This document shows positions 9,346-18,551 of a stretch of 64,000 nt of DNA, one piece after another. The translations under genes were made by a program, and so were the position numbers. Position 1 is the stretch's first letter. Each line of letters starts with the position of its first letter. The stretch is from a virus (Duplodnaviria; Heunggongvirae; Uroviricota; Caudoviricetes): positions 30,276-94,275 of the IMG/VR virus record IMGVR_UViG_3300031994_000015; one strand, given 5' to 3'. The notes under the pieces were generated by a model. That model did no database searches, had not been told where the DNA came from, and saw nothing but the letters and a program-made list of their open reading frames with translations.

Positions 9346-9717
9346 ATGAATAAATCAAATTTTTCAAACAAACAAATTAAAAAGTTTTTTAGCACCTTTG
9401 GAGCAGAGTTTACAACTAGGATAAATAAGGCTGGTAATCTAGTTGTAGTAAATGTTGTTAATCCTAAAGGTGCTGGTGAGTTTTATGTACTTCATGCTTA
9501 TGAGAATGGAACTTTTCTTTGGAGACGCCATTATACAACATATTGGGGTTCAAAGTCAATGTGTCCATTAAATATGAAGAATCGCAATCAAACAACACCT
9601 CATAAGTGTTGGAGATATTGGGATTATGAGAAGCATTGTTTCTTTAATTCTTTTGAGGAAGCTATGGATTATATCAAGATGTATTTCAAGAAGTATAGAA
9701 ACATTAAATTAAATTAA
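9346..9717 (+). CDS. hypothetical protein
   Basis: ORF after promoter motif. Confidence 0.75.
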   Translation: MNKSNFSNKQIKKFFSTFGAEFTTRINKAGNLVVVNVVNPKGAGEFYVLHAYENGTFLWRRHYTTYWGSKSMCPLNMKNRNQTTPHKCWRYWDYEKHCFFNSFEEAMDYIKMYFKKYRNIKLN

Positions 9718-9719
9718 TT

Positions 9720-9935
9720 ATGTGGTTTGTAAATTGTTTAATTTATTGGTTAATTGGGTTTTTAACTATTTATTTAATGGCTGATAAATCCGAATCAACA
9801 GAAAATTCTGCATGGGTTGTAATATATGCATTTGGTTCATTTTTTTGGCCTATTGTAATAAGTGTATATATTTTTACATATTTGTCTAATAAAATAAATA
9901 AAATATATTATGGAAGAACTAATTATTGTAGATAG
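9720..9935 (+). CDS. small membrane protein
   Basis: two hydrophobic segments, FWPI motif. Confidence 0.7.
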   Translation: MWFVNCLIYWLIGFLTIYLMADKSESTENSAWVVIYAFGSFFWPIVISVYIFTYLSNKINKIYYGRTNYCR

Positions 9936-10521
9936 ACAACATGATTTTTCTAGTCCTACAGGAACTCTTTATGTTCAAGGTAGTGATGAGACAAAAGTAG
10001 CAATTATCAATTATATTAATAAGAATGCTAAAAACATTGTAGCAGCTATTTGTACTGTGGATTGGCATAGTCCTAATCATTGTTCATTCAAAAGAAATGG
10101 TGGGGAATGGCCGGCACATTGTCAACAATTTAGTGTTGGTGCAGGTATTGATACCGATATTTATAATGCACTTATTTTAAACAATATTCCTATTAAGGTA
10201 TTTAAGAAGGGTAATGTTGATTCAACTGAGGAATATGGTGCATTTGAGAATATTCATGTTTCTCATAATTCTAATGAGGAAGGAGATATTGATGTTATTG
10301 TCAATAATGCCGCTTTGAATAATGCCCTTCCTCTTGATTGCTTTACACTTACTGTTTGTGGGACTGCAGGTGATTATTGTGTAAAAGAGACAATTAAAAA
10401 TCTTATCAATTTCAAATGTGTAGAACTCAATGTTCAAGTTATGCTTGATGGAATTGCTTCTATTGACGATGGTACAACTATTCGTAATTTCGTAAAGGAA
10501 AATAATTTGAAGACTGTATGA
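9910..10521 (+). CDS. pncA: nicotinamidase (isochorismatase family)
   Basis: LIIVDRQHDF, DWH, WPAHC, GTAGDYCV catalytic motifs. Confidence 0.88.
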   Translation: MEELIIVDRQHDFSSPTGTLYVQGSDETKVAIINYINKNAKNIVAAICTVDWHSPNHCSFKRNGGEWPAHCQQFSVGAGIDTDIYNALILNNIPIKVFKKGNVDSTEEYGAFENIHVSHNSNEEGDIDVIVNNAALNNALPLDCFTLTVCGTAGDYCVKETIKNLINFKCVELNVQVMLDGIASIDDGTTIRNFVKENNLKTV

Positions 10522-10613
10522 GTACATGCTTTGATTTGACAATTACAATTCCTAATAGTTATCTTGACTATAGAAAAATTGTTTACAAACCAAAAAGAAA
10601 GAAGAAGAAATAA
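10518..10613 (+). CDS. very small basic peptide (31 aa)
   Basis: ATGA overlap with pncA stop; manually translated. Confidence 0.35.
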   Translation: MSTCFDLTITIPNSYLDYRKIVYKPKRKKKK

Positions 10614-10614
10614 A

Positions 10615-10637
10615 ACTACGTTTCAATGTAACGTAGT
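10615..10637 (+). terminator. hairpin ACTACGTT/AACGTAGT
   Basis: 8-bp stem, no strong T tract. Confidence 0.4.
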
Positions 10638-10746
10638 GTAATTGAAATAAAGTATAACATGTGATATATTATATACAAAAAGTTAACTTAATGTATCATA
10701 TAATAAACATTAAACAATTTAGTAACTAATAAAAAAATTTAACAAT

Positions 10747-11943
10747 ATGATTTATTCAATTCTTGACACCGATCTTTATAAGTTTACTACTAGTTATGCT
10801 TACATGAAGTTGTTTCCAAACGCTGAGTGTACTTTCACTTTTAAGGATCGAAATAAGGTAAAACGTACTCCTGAGTTCTTGAAGAAGTTCAAGGAACAGC
10901 TTAAGAAGTATGAGTTGGTTCATCTTACAATGGAGGAGTTCAATTGGCTTATAAGCAATAAGTCTATTGATTTTATGCCTATTCACTATTGGGAGTGGCT
11001 TATGTCTTTCCGATTTGATATGAGCAAGATGAAGATCTATCTTGATGAGGAAGGTGTACTTTGTGTAGATGTTACCGATAAGTGCTATAAGGCTTCTCTT
11101 TATGAAATTCCTGTCTTGTTCTCTATTCCTGAAGTAAACAATGCTGGAAAGCCTATTAATTGGGAGCGTACAATGGATAAGCTTGCTGTAAAAGTTGCAA
11201 TTGCAAATAAGGAAGGAATGCTTTTCTCAGAATTTGGAACTCGTCGTCGTTTCAGTTATGAGGTTCAGGACCGAGTAATTGCATATCTTAAGGAGCATGC
11301 AAAGACATGCGTAGGTACTTCAAACATGCATTTCGCAATGAAGTACGATATGAAGCCAATTGGTACTCACCCTCATGAGTGGTTTATGTTCCACGGTGCT
11401 CAGTATGGTTACAAGGCAGCCAATTATATGGCTCTTGAAAATTGGGTGAATGTATATGATGGAGACCTTGGTATTGCTCTTTCTGACACTTACACATCTG
11501 ATGTTTTCTTCCGTAGTTTCTCTTTGAAGCAGGCTAAGTTGTTTGATGGTGTTCGTCAGGATTCTGGAGATGAATATGAATTTACCGATAAGACAATTAA
11601 TTTCTATAAATCAAAAGGAATTGATTATCATAACAAGACAATTGTATTCTCTAATGCATTGGACTTCCCTAAGGCTATTAAGATTTTGAAATATTGTCGA
11701 GAGAAGGGAATTAAGGCAAGTTTCGGTATTGGAACAAATCTTACTTGTGATGTATATGCTCCTGATGGAACTAAGTATGATGCAGAGAATATTGTAATGA
11801 AGATGTCTCGTTGCCGAATGACACCTACCCAGCCTTGGTATGTAACTATTAAGATTAGTGATGACCTCGGTAAGCATATGGGAGATAATAAGGAGTTCGA
11901 GCATGCTTGTTATGAGCTTGAAATCGTAATACCAATAGTATAA
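10747..11943 (+). CDS. pncB: nicotinate phosphoribosyltransferase
   Basis: SILDTDLYKFT, SEFGTRRRFS, GTSN, GTHPHEW, GIALSDT, GVRQDSGD, FGIGTNL. Confidence 0.95.
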   Translation: MIYSILDTDLYKFTTSYAYMKLFPNAECTFTFKDRNKVKRTPEFLKKFKEQLKKYELVHLTMEEFNWLISNKSIDFMPIHYWEWLMSFRFDMSKMKIYLDEEGVLCVDVTDKCYKASLYEIPVLFSIPEVNNAGKPINWERTMDKLAVKVAIANKEGMLFSEFGTRRRFSYEVQDRVIAYLKEHAKTCVGTSNMHFAMKYDMKPIGTHPHEWFMFHGAQYGYKAANYMALENWVNVYDGDLGIALSDTYTSDVFFRSFSLKQAKLFDGVRQDSGDEYEFTDKTINFYKSKGIDYHNKTIVFSNALDFPKAIKILKYCREKGIKASFGIGTNLTCDVYAPDGTKYDAENIVMKMSRCRMTPTQPWYVTIKISDDLGKHMGDNKEFEHACYELEIVIPIV

Positions 11944-11957
11944 GAAATAAATATATA

Positions 11958-12001
11958 AAGCCAACATGTGATATAAATCAAGTCTACTTACATGTTGGCT
12001 T
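11958..12001. repeat. 12-bp perfect inverted repeat AAGCCAACATGT / ACATGTTGGCTT after pncB
   Basis: read directly; 20-nt loop. Confidence 0.8.
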
Positions 12002-12174
12002 CTTTTACTACTAACCATATTAAATTTATAAGTATTATGATAATTAATTGTCCAAAATGTCACAAAGAAACAGAATTTCTAATTGGTGATGCTATTGATG
12101 AACTTGGAGAAGTTTTTAAATGTCAACATTGTGGTTGGCCTTTTAGATATGTAAAAGAAAATGAAGTACGCTAG
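11992..12174 (+). CDS. small zinc-ribbon protein
   Basis: CPKC...CQHC; true start probably an internal ATG. Confidence 0.65.
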   Translation: MLASFTTNHIKFISIMIINCPKCHKETEFLIGDAIDELGEVFKCQHCGWPFRYVKENEVR

Positions 12175-12466
12175 TTATTCAAATAATCCTATTATATTAA
12201 AATCAAAATATTTTAGAATTGATTCATGGCAAGTAGATCCTCGAACAAAAAAACCTTTAAAGACTAAAGCAGAATTGTTCAAGGATCTGCTTCCTGGTGA
12301 TTTTTTACTTTTTTCTACTAAACTTGAATCTCTTGGTGGTTCATATACTTGCAATTTTAAAGTTGAAGCTTTTAGAAATGGAGAAAAAATAGGAGAAACT
12401 ACAAAATCTCAAAATTCAATATCCAATTTAATAGGTTCATATTTTGAATTATCAGAATGTTTATAA
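12161..12466 (+). CDS. hypothetical protein (paralog of 12531..12845)
   Basis: shared LPGD/LPND, RNGE/RNDE, FELxE pattern. Confidence 0.7.
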   Translation: MKYASYSNNPIILKSKYFRIDSWQVDPRTKKPLKTKAELFKDLLPGDFLLFSTKLESLGGSYTCNFKVEAFRNGEKIGETTKSQNSISNLIGSYFELSECL

Positions 12467-12479
12467 TTTCATATAATAT

Positions 12480-12507
12480 TTGAATTTTTTATATTTGTTT
12501 CTATATT
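12480..12507 (+). promoter_or_regulatory. TTGAA-N16-CTATATT promoter motif
   Basis: exact copy. Confidence 0.75.
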
Positions 12508-12530
12508 ATATATGTAAAATATAAATTAAT

Positions 12531-12845
12531 ATGGCAAGTTTAGACGGAAAAAATCATCACATTGAGTTGAAATCAAAAGTTTTAAAAGTAACTGGGTTTG
12601 TAATAAAAGAAAATGGCAAGCCATTTAAAATTACATCAAATAATAATTGGAAAAATGTTCTTCCAAATGATGTAATAGTTTTAAGTTTTATTTTTGAAAC
12701 AGGATTTTTGGGATATTCAAATTTTTATAAGCCTAAAATGGATGTAACTGTGTATCGTAATGATGAAGTTCTTTTTACAGAAAATACATATTTGACATCT
12801 ATATCATCGATGATTAGTCATTTTGAATTAGAAGAAATTAATTAA
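12531..12845 (+). CDS. hypothetical protein (paralog of 12161..12466)
   Basis: ORF after promoter motif. Confidence 0.7.
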   Translation: MASLDGKNHHIELKSKVLKVTGFVIKENGKPFKITSNNNWKNVLPNDVIVLSFIFETGFLGYSNFYKPKMDVTVYRNDEVLFTENTYLTSISSMISHFELEEIN

Positions 12846-12860
12846 TAAAAAGAATAAAAT

Positions 12861-13838
12861 ATGGATTACGCAAAAGTTTTTGAGACAATGGTTAGTGAGA
12901 CACAGAAGTATCTTGAGAATAATAACCTTTTCGCTATGATTCTTGGTATTTCTGGTGGTTTGGATTCTACTGTAACTGCGGCAATTTGTCATGAGGTTGA
13001 GAAACGAAATCCTGAGTTGAAGTTCTATGGTGTATCTCTTCCTTGCTCATCTAATACAATTGATGAGAATAATTCTGCAAATGCTTGTATGAAGGCATTT
13101 TGTAAGAAAGATCAGTATTGGACTGAGAATCTTCAGAAGGAGTATCTACTTATGAAAGCTACTTGTTCACAGCGCCATTCACCAACGACAATTGGGCAGG
13201 GAAATATCAAAGCTCGTCTTCGTATGATTTATCTTTATGACCTTGCAAATTATACTAAAGGTCTTGTTATGGACACTGATAATCTTACTGAGCATTATCT
13301 TGGATTCTTCACCATTCATGGGGATGTTGCTGATTTTAATCCAATTGGTGGACTTTGGAAACATGAAGTATATGAGCTTGCAAAATACATTCGTGATAAG
13401 TATGAGAATGATATGAAGCATTATCCTATGAGTCCTGATTCATTTGACATTATCGATGATATCAATGCTATAGACGATTTCAAGAACAAAATTGCCGCTC
13501 TTGATGCCGCACTTGGTATTCGTCCTACTGATGGAAATGGTGTAAATGACCTCGGTGATATGGGTCAGATTGCTCCAGCATTTGCACATGATAAGAATGT
13601 AGATGCTTATACTAAGGTTGATGACATCATTAAGACATATCTTTATGCAATCACTCAGTTCCCTGATGAGCGTGATAAGATGATTCAGGCACTTCGTGAT
13701 AAGTATGATGTAGATAATGACCAGGTAACTTATAAGACTGTTGATGGTGTTATCAATCGAATTAAGTGGACTGAATACAAGCGTAAAGGACTTCCTGTAG
13801 TTATTCCGAACGAGAAATATATTACCAAATTTGTTTAA
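12861..13838 (+). CDS. nadE: NH3-dependent NAD+ synthetase
   Basis: LGISGGLDST P-loop, GNIKARLRM, TDNLTE..LGFFTIHGD, PIGGLWKHEVY; no glutaminase domain. Confidence 0.92.
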   Translation: MDYAKVFETMVSETQKYLENNNLFAMILGISGGLDSTVTAAICHEVEKRNPELKFYGVSLPCSSNTIDENNSANACMKAFCKKDQYWTENLQKEYLLMKATCSQRHSPTTIGQGNIKARLRMIYLYDLANYTKGLVMDTDNLTEHYLGFFTIHGDVADFNPIGGLWKHEVYELAKYIRDKYENDMKHYPMSPDSFDIIDDINAIDDFKNKIAALDAALGIRPTDGNGVNDLGDMGQIAPAFAHDKNVDAYTKVDDIIKTYLYAITQFPDERDKMIQALRDKYDVDNDQVTYKTVDGVINRIKWTEYKRKGLPVVIPNEKYITKFV

Positions 13839-13852
13839 TTTTTATATTATAT

Positions 13853-13880
13853 TTGAATTTTTTATAATTATATCTATATT
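13853..13880 (+). promoter_or_regulatory. TTGAA-N16-CTATATT promoter motif
   Basis: exact copy. Confidence 0.75.
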
Positions 13881-13909
13881 GTAATTGTAAAACAAATAAA
13901 TATAAAGAT

Positions 13910-14314
13910 ATGAATACAATTCCAGTTTCAATGGTCAATGAGGTGATGGGAGTTCAGAAATCTGATAATTCAAACCTCTATGTAGGACTTGCAGGTACAA
14001 TGTTTGTAGGTTCTGATCGTTATGCAGTTGTAATTACAGAGGTAATTTCTCCCAAAGAAGTTCGAGTTGCAAACATGATAGATGAGGATTACAACTCAAA
14101 TATCATGATCGATGGAAATACTATGGAATATATCGCTCCACATAATATGATAAAGTATGCCCGAGTAAATGCCGAAGGTACTTCTTTTATAGCCACTGGT
14201 GATATTTATAAGCTTCGTAAGAATGGACGTTGGGTTGAGAAGGGACATGGTCTTTGGGAAACTGGAGCAGTTCATTTTGGTCATGCAGATGAGTACAGAG
14301 ATCCGAGTTTTTAA
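13910..14314 (+). CDS. hypothetical protein
   Basis: ORF after promoter motif. Confidence 0.8.
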   Translation: MNTIPVSMVNEVMGVQKSDNSNLYVGLAGTMFVGSDRYAVVITEVISPKEVRVANMIDEDYNSNIMIDGNTMEYIAPHNMIKYARVNAEGTSFIATGDIYKLRKNGRWVEKGHGLWETGAVHFGHADEYRDPSF

Positions 14315-14326
14315 TATAATTTGATT

Positions 14327-14599
14327 ATGAAAGCAAGAGTAATTGAAACAGGAGAAATAATTGAAGTTAAGTCTCTTTATTCACCAATATATTCTCGACT
14401 TGATTGTAATGGAAAAATTATAGAGGAATATGATGAAGATGAACTTGAATTTATTCCTAATCCTAACAGACCTAAAATGGTATCAATAGATGAGGTTTGT
14501 GATTATCTTAAAAGTTTAACATATCAAGAATATCCTGGTGGCCCAATAGTTCGCATGATTAGTGATGAATATATTGAAGAATTTAAGAAAAGAATTTGA
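14327..14599 (+). CDS. hypothetical protein
   Basis: ORF track, ATG start. Confidence 0.7.
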   Translation: MKARVIETGEIIEVKSLYSPIYSRLDCNGKIIEEYDEDELEFIPNPNRPKMVSIDEVCDYLKSLTYQEYPGGPIVRMISDEYIEEFKKRI

Positions 14600-14602
14600 A
14601 TA

Positions 14603-15100
14603 ATGGGAAAGAAATTCAATGACATTAAGCCAGGTACTATTTGTACGATGACTCATAATAAATCAATAGTATTTCGTATTACTCATGTAAATGATCAAGG
14701 AATGCCATTTGCTAAGCATTCATATTATCATTATGCTAATACAACTGGTGAATATGAATTTCAGATAGATGACAAACCGGTATGCATGGCTTACACCACA
14801 GAATATGAAGAAGCAAGTAAAGAACAGAAAGAAAGATTTATAAAGATGGAGAAAAAGGAAGTTTATTTCACTAAATTCAAAAATGCTTTACATAAGAGAA
14901 TTGTAGAGTTTGAATATAAGAAAAAGAATGGAGAAATACGAATTGCCCATGGTACTTTAAATATTGATCTTATGGGTGAGAATAATGCACCTAAAGGTAA
15001 TGCCGAATATGTACCTGATAACACAATTCGATATTTTGATACTGATGTTAATGGTTGGCGTTCATTTATTATAGAAAACTTTATAGATTGGATAGATTAA
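14603..15100 (+). CDS. WYL_2/SH3-fold (DUF2693-like) domain protein
   Basis: C-terminal VEFEYKKKNGEIRIAHGTL...YFDTDVNGWRSF. Confidence 0.7.
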   Translation: MGKKFNDIKPGTICTMTHNKSIVFRITHVNDQGMPFAKHSYYHYANTTGEYEFQIDDKPVCMAYTTEYEEASKEQKERFIKMEKKEVYFTKFKNALHKRIVEFEYKKKNGEIRIAHGTLNIDLMGENNAPKGNAEYVPDNTIRYFDTDVNGWRSFIIENFIDWID

Positions 15101-15102
15101 TT

Positions 15103-15366
15103 ATGATGTACGAGCACATTAAAGAAAATTTTATTAACAGGTTTTTGAATCCACGTTATCGTTGGGCCACTGTAATAAGTAAGAATTCTATTATTTGTAA
15201 TATTGGTGAAAACTGTCCTTTCCCAGTTAAATCAATTGAGAACGGAAATAAGATTCTAATTGACCTTGGTGATAATATAGTAATCGATATCAATTTAGTT
15301 TGGGAAGATAAGATTATTGCTAATGACAAGAATATTGTTCATTATAGGTTAATTAGCTTTGAATAA
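15103..15366 (+). CDS. hypothetical protein
   Basis: ATG at 15103 after previous stop. Confidence 0.7.
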   Translation: MMYEHIKENFINRFLNPRYRWATVISKNSIICNIGENCPFPVKSIENGNKILIDLGDNIVIDINLVWEDKIIANDKNIVHYRLISFE

Positions 15367-15385
15367 TTTTTTGTTTGTTGTTTAT

Positions 15386-15415
15386 AAATAGGAGGTTAAA
15401 GATAATCTCCTATTT
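15386..15415 (+). terminator. intrinsic terminator
   Basis: AAATAGGAGGTTA/TAATCTCCTATTT stem. Confidence 0.7.
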
Positions 15416-15453
15416 TTCTATATTATTATGTAAGTGTAATTAAATTTATAATA

Positions 15454-16527
15454 ATGTATAATAAATATTTTCTTAAAGATTTATTGATGACTCATACTCC
15501 TTCCGGATATGAGAATTTATTTTTGCAAAAACCAACAGAAACTTTATTTGAATATATTCATAATGATTTTGGGATTGATGCTTTGAAAAATGTTATCTTC
15601 CACAAAGGATCAAAAGCAGAAAATGCTACACCATTTATGATATCAGCTCATTATGATGAAATAGCTTTACAAGTTTCGGCAATTACAAAAAGTGGATTAC
15701 TTAAGGTTATTAATCTTGGTGGATTAGACTTAAAAACAATTGAAGGTTCATATGTTGAAGTAATTATCGATGAGATGGATGAATGGGGAAATCCAAAGAC
15801 AATTAAAGGTATTATTGGTAAAAAACCTATTCATAAAGAATCAAAAGAAGATCGTGAAAAAACCGATCCTTATGAGAAAATTATTATCGATGTAGGTTGT
15901 AATTCAAGACAAGAAGTATCTGATTTAGGTATACATATTGGTTGTCCTATTGTATTTAAAAAGGAATGTCAATTGGAATTTGGCAAAGATGAAAAGCATA
16001 TTGTTGGTAATGCATTGGATGACAAGATAGGTATTTATGCAGTTTCACAAGCATTTTTAGAGATTGATGAACAACTTCTTATTGATAAGAATATAGCTTT
16101 ATATCTTGTTTGGTGTAGTCAAGAAGAAGTTGGATTACGTGGGGCAAAAACGGTAACACAATCAATAAATCCAGCTATTTCTATTGATGTTGATGTTTGT
16201 TTCGATAATTCTTATTACAAGTCAAAAGATAATGAGAACGAAATCAAAATAGGAAAAGGAGTTGTTATAACTTATGGTCCTCATTGTGATTGGAAATTAG
16301 TTAAGATAATTAGAGATGCTGCTAATAAATATGCATTATCTTACCAAGAAGAAGTAACAAAAGTTGGTGGAAATAATTGTGATGCTATTCAATTACATAC
16401 ATCAAATTGCTCAACCGCCCATTTAGGTATACCATGTAGAAATATGCATACTCAAGTTGAGATGTGCCATTGGGATGATGTTGAATCATGCATAGATTTG
16501 ATAAAAATATTAATTAGTGATAACTAA
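15454..16527 (+). CDS. M42 family metallo-aminopeptidase
   Basis: AHYDEI, ALDDKIG, SQEEVGLRGA, DVD, MHTQVE metal-binding motifs. Confidence 0.88.
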   Translation: MYNKYFLKDLLMTHTPSGYENLFLQKPTETLFEYIHNDFGIDALKNVIFHKGSKAENATPFMISAHYDEIALQVSAITKSGLLKVINLGGLDLKTIEGSYVEVIIDEMDEWGNPKTIKGIIGKKPIHKESKEDREKTDPYEKIIIDVGCNSRQEVSDLGIHIGCPIVFKKECQLEFGKDEKHIVGNALDDKIGIYAVSQAFLEIDEQLLIDKNIALYLVWCSQEEVGLRGAKTVTQSINPAISIDVDVCFDNSYYKSKDNENEIKIGKGVVITYGPHCDWKLVKIIRDAANKYALSYQEEVTKVGGNNCDAIQLHTSNCSTAHLGIPCRNMHTQVEMCHWDDVESCIDLIKILISDN

Positions 16528-16908
16528 ATGAAAAGTTTTATAGCTATTCATCTTAAAGATAAAGATTTAAATCGAACAATAAATACAGTTAAAGGTTCTA
16601 TTAAAACAAATTCAGAATATCCATATCTTTATATTTATATTACAGATTGCAAGAATATTAGCTTGCAATTATTAAATAATTATAAAAAATATGAAGATGT
16701 TCTTGAATTTATATTAGAAGGAGATAGAGCTACATTTGATAAACCTTATTTTGAATGTGGAGAATCTTGGTCTGATAATAAACCTGATTCTGTAAAAACT
16801 GTTAAAGGTAGAATACCAGAATGTGTTTTCTATTTATTTGAAAATAATAAATGGTATTATAGAGATTCTAAATTTGATAGTGGTTATTATAAAGAATTGA
16901 AATACTAA
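16528..16908 (+). CDS. hypothetical protein
   Basis: ORF track. Confidence 0.7.
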   Translation: MKSFIAIHLKDKDLNRTINTVKGSIKTNSEYPYLYIYITDCKNISLQLLNNYKKYEDVLEFILEGDRATFDKPYFECGESWSDNKPDSVKTVKGRIPECVFYLFENNKWYYRDSKFDSGYYKELKY

Positions 16909-17144
16909 TGGTTGATGATATATTAGAGTTACTTTATAAAAAGCTAATGGTAGAGCCTTCTCCTAATTTATTAGCTATGATTTGTGCTTTTCAATCAATA
17001 CGAGGATTAGAAGGTATTCCAATAGCTAATGAAATATGGTATGATAATTATACAGCAGCTCTTGATTATTATCGATATATAGATAAACGGATTCAAAATA
17101 TAATAATGTTGAAAAAAGATAAAAATAGAAAAATTTTAGATTGA
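16908..17144 (+). CDS. hypothetical protein
   Basis: ORF track, 1-nt overlap. Confidence 0.7.
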   Translation: MVDDILELLYKKLMVEPSPNLLAMICAFQSIRGLEGIPIANEIWYDNYTAALDYYRYIDKRIQNIIMLKKDKNRKILD

Positions 17145-17162
17145 TTATTCTATATAATATAT

Positions 17163-17696
17163 ATGAAAGAAGATAATTATTTACAATCATCAGAAGGAAA
17201 GATCTACAAAATAATGGACACCCATTTGCTTCAACTTTCTCCTTGGAAAGATGGAGAAAGTCGTCGTATTTATGAGTATGATGATTCTGATATGCATGTA
17301 ATTACATACCAAAATGCATGTATGATTGTAAATAAGCAATTTGCTGAAACCGATGAAGAATGGGAGCATAATGGAAAGAAATATAAAGCAAGAGCATTAA
17401 TAAATAAAAATATTGATGAACATACTGCTATGATTTCTATGTTACCTTCTCATTATATCAAAGAATCTTCAAAAGTATTAAAGACTTTACCAAATGAAAA
17501 TTCTATTACTATATCTGATAACAAAGGTAATGAATTTAAAATGGTAAAACATAAAGGTAAAATATATTATTGTTTAGTAGTTAATCAATATTTACCAAAG
17601 GTACAACTTTATAATACATTCGGTGATTTTTGTCAAATGGTTAATATCAAGAATGTAAAACCAATTTTTAATGAAACTGATAAGAGATTTATGTAA
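17163..17696 (+). CDS. hypothetical protein
   Basis: ORF track. Confidence 0.75.
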   Translation: MKEDNYLQSSEGKIYKIMDTHLLQLSPWKDGESRRIYEYDDSDMHVITYQNACMIVNKQFAETDEEWEHNGKKYKARALINKNIDEHTAMISMLPSHYIKESSKVLKTLPNENSITISDNKGNEFKMVKHKGKIYYCLVVNQYLPKVQLYNTFGDFCQMVNIKNVKPIFNETDKRFM

Positions 17697-18283
17697 TGGA
17701 TAATAATAGTTTTAATATATTTATAAGAAGTATACTTGCCGGTATTTGTATAGGTTTAGGTGGAGCAATATTTATCAAACTAGGTGGAGTTGTAGGTGCA
17801 TGTATGTTTGCATTTGGATTACTTACTGTAGTTCATTTTAAATTACCACTTTATACTGGAACAGCTGGTTTTATTCAACTTAATAAATATGAAGAATATG
17901 AAAAAATGTTATTCATTTTATTAGGAAATATTCTTGGTTGTATTTTATTAAGTTATATGAATATAAAAGGAATTGATGGAACTGCAATTATCCAATCAAG
18001 ATTAGATACATCTTATTCACAATGCTTATTAAATGCAATCGGGTGTGGTTTGATAATGACATTAATTGTAAAAGGTGGCAGAGATAAAAATTTACTATTA
18101 ATTCTTTTTGGAATTCCTTTATTTATTCTTTTAGGATTTTATCATAGTATTGCTGATGCATTTTATATGATGGTTGTTCCTGGAGAATTAAGGACATTAT
18201 TTTTTGGAAGATATTGGACTATTGTTTTAGGTAATTTTATTGGGTGTAATATACCACGATTATTAAATTATGAAAATACATAA
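17696..18283 (+). CDS. formate/nitrite transporter (FNT) family protein
   Basis: SILAGICIGLG, LYTG, GNILG, FYHSIAD, LGNFIG; multiple TM segments. Confidence 0.82.
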   Translation: MDNNSFNIFIRSILAGICIGLGGAIFIKLGGVVGACMFAFGLLTVVHFKLPLYTGTAGFIQLNKYEEYEKMLFILLGNILGCILLSYMNIKGIDGTAIIQSRLDTSYSQCLLNAIGCGLIMTLIVKGGRDKNLLLILFGIPLFILLGFYHSIADAFYMMVVPGELRTLFFGRYWTIVLGNFIGCNIPRLLNYENT

Positions 18284-18545
18284 TAAAGAATATAGAATCA
18301 TTAAAAAAGTATATGGGGATGGGCATGAAGAATATCATGCAGAAGAACGTATACTAAATCTATTTTTATTTGGGATTTGGAAAGATTATGTTTATGGAAT
18401 AAGTGATTATGGTTATGGATCTATAGTTTATAAATATCGTTTTCCAACATATGATAAATGTTTAGATTACTTAATTGAAAATATCGAATATAATCTAAAA
18501 CTTAAGAATGATAAAAAAGTAATTAGTATTAACATATTTAAATAA
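18270..18545 (+). CDS. hypothetical protein
   Basis: ORF track. Confidence 0.7.
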   Translation: MKIHNKEYRIIKKVYGDGHEEYHAEERILNLFLFGIWKDYVYGISDYGYGSIVYKYRFPTYDKCLDYLIENIEYNLKLKNDKKVISINIFK

Positions 18546-18551
18546 AAAATT

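Noticed and set aside
10222-13421. Minus-strand ORFs over pncA, pncB and nadE (10222..10542, 10756..10986, 11611..12063, 13179..13421)
   Set aside because: Antisense shadows of conserved enzymes.
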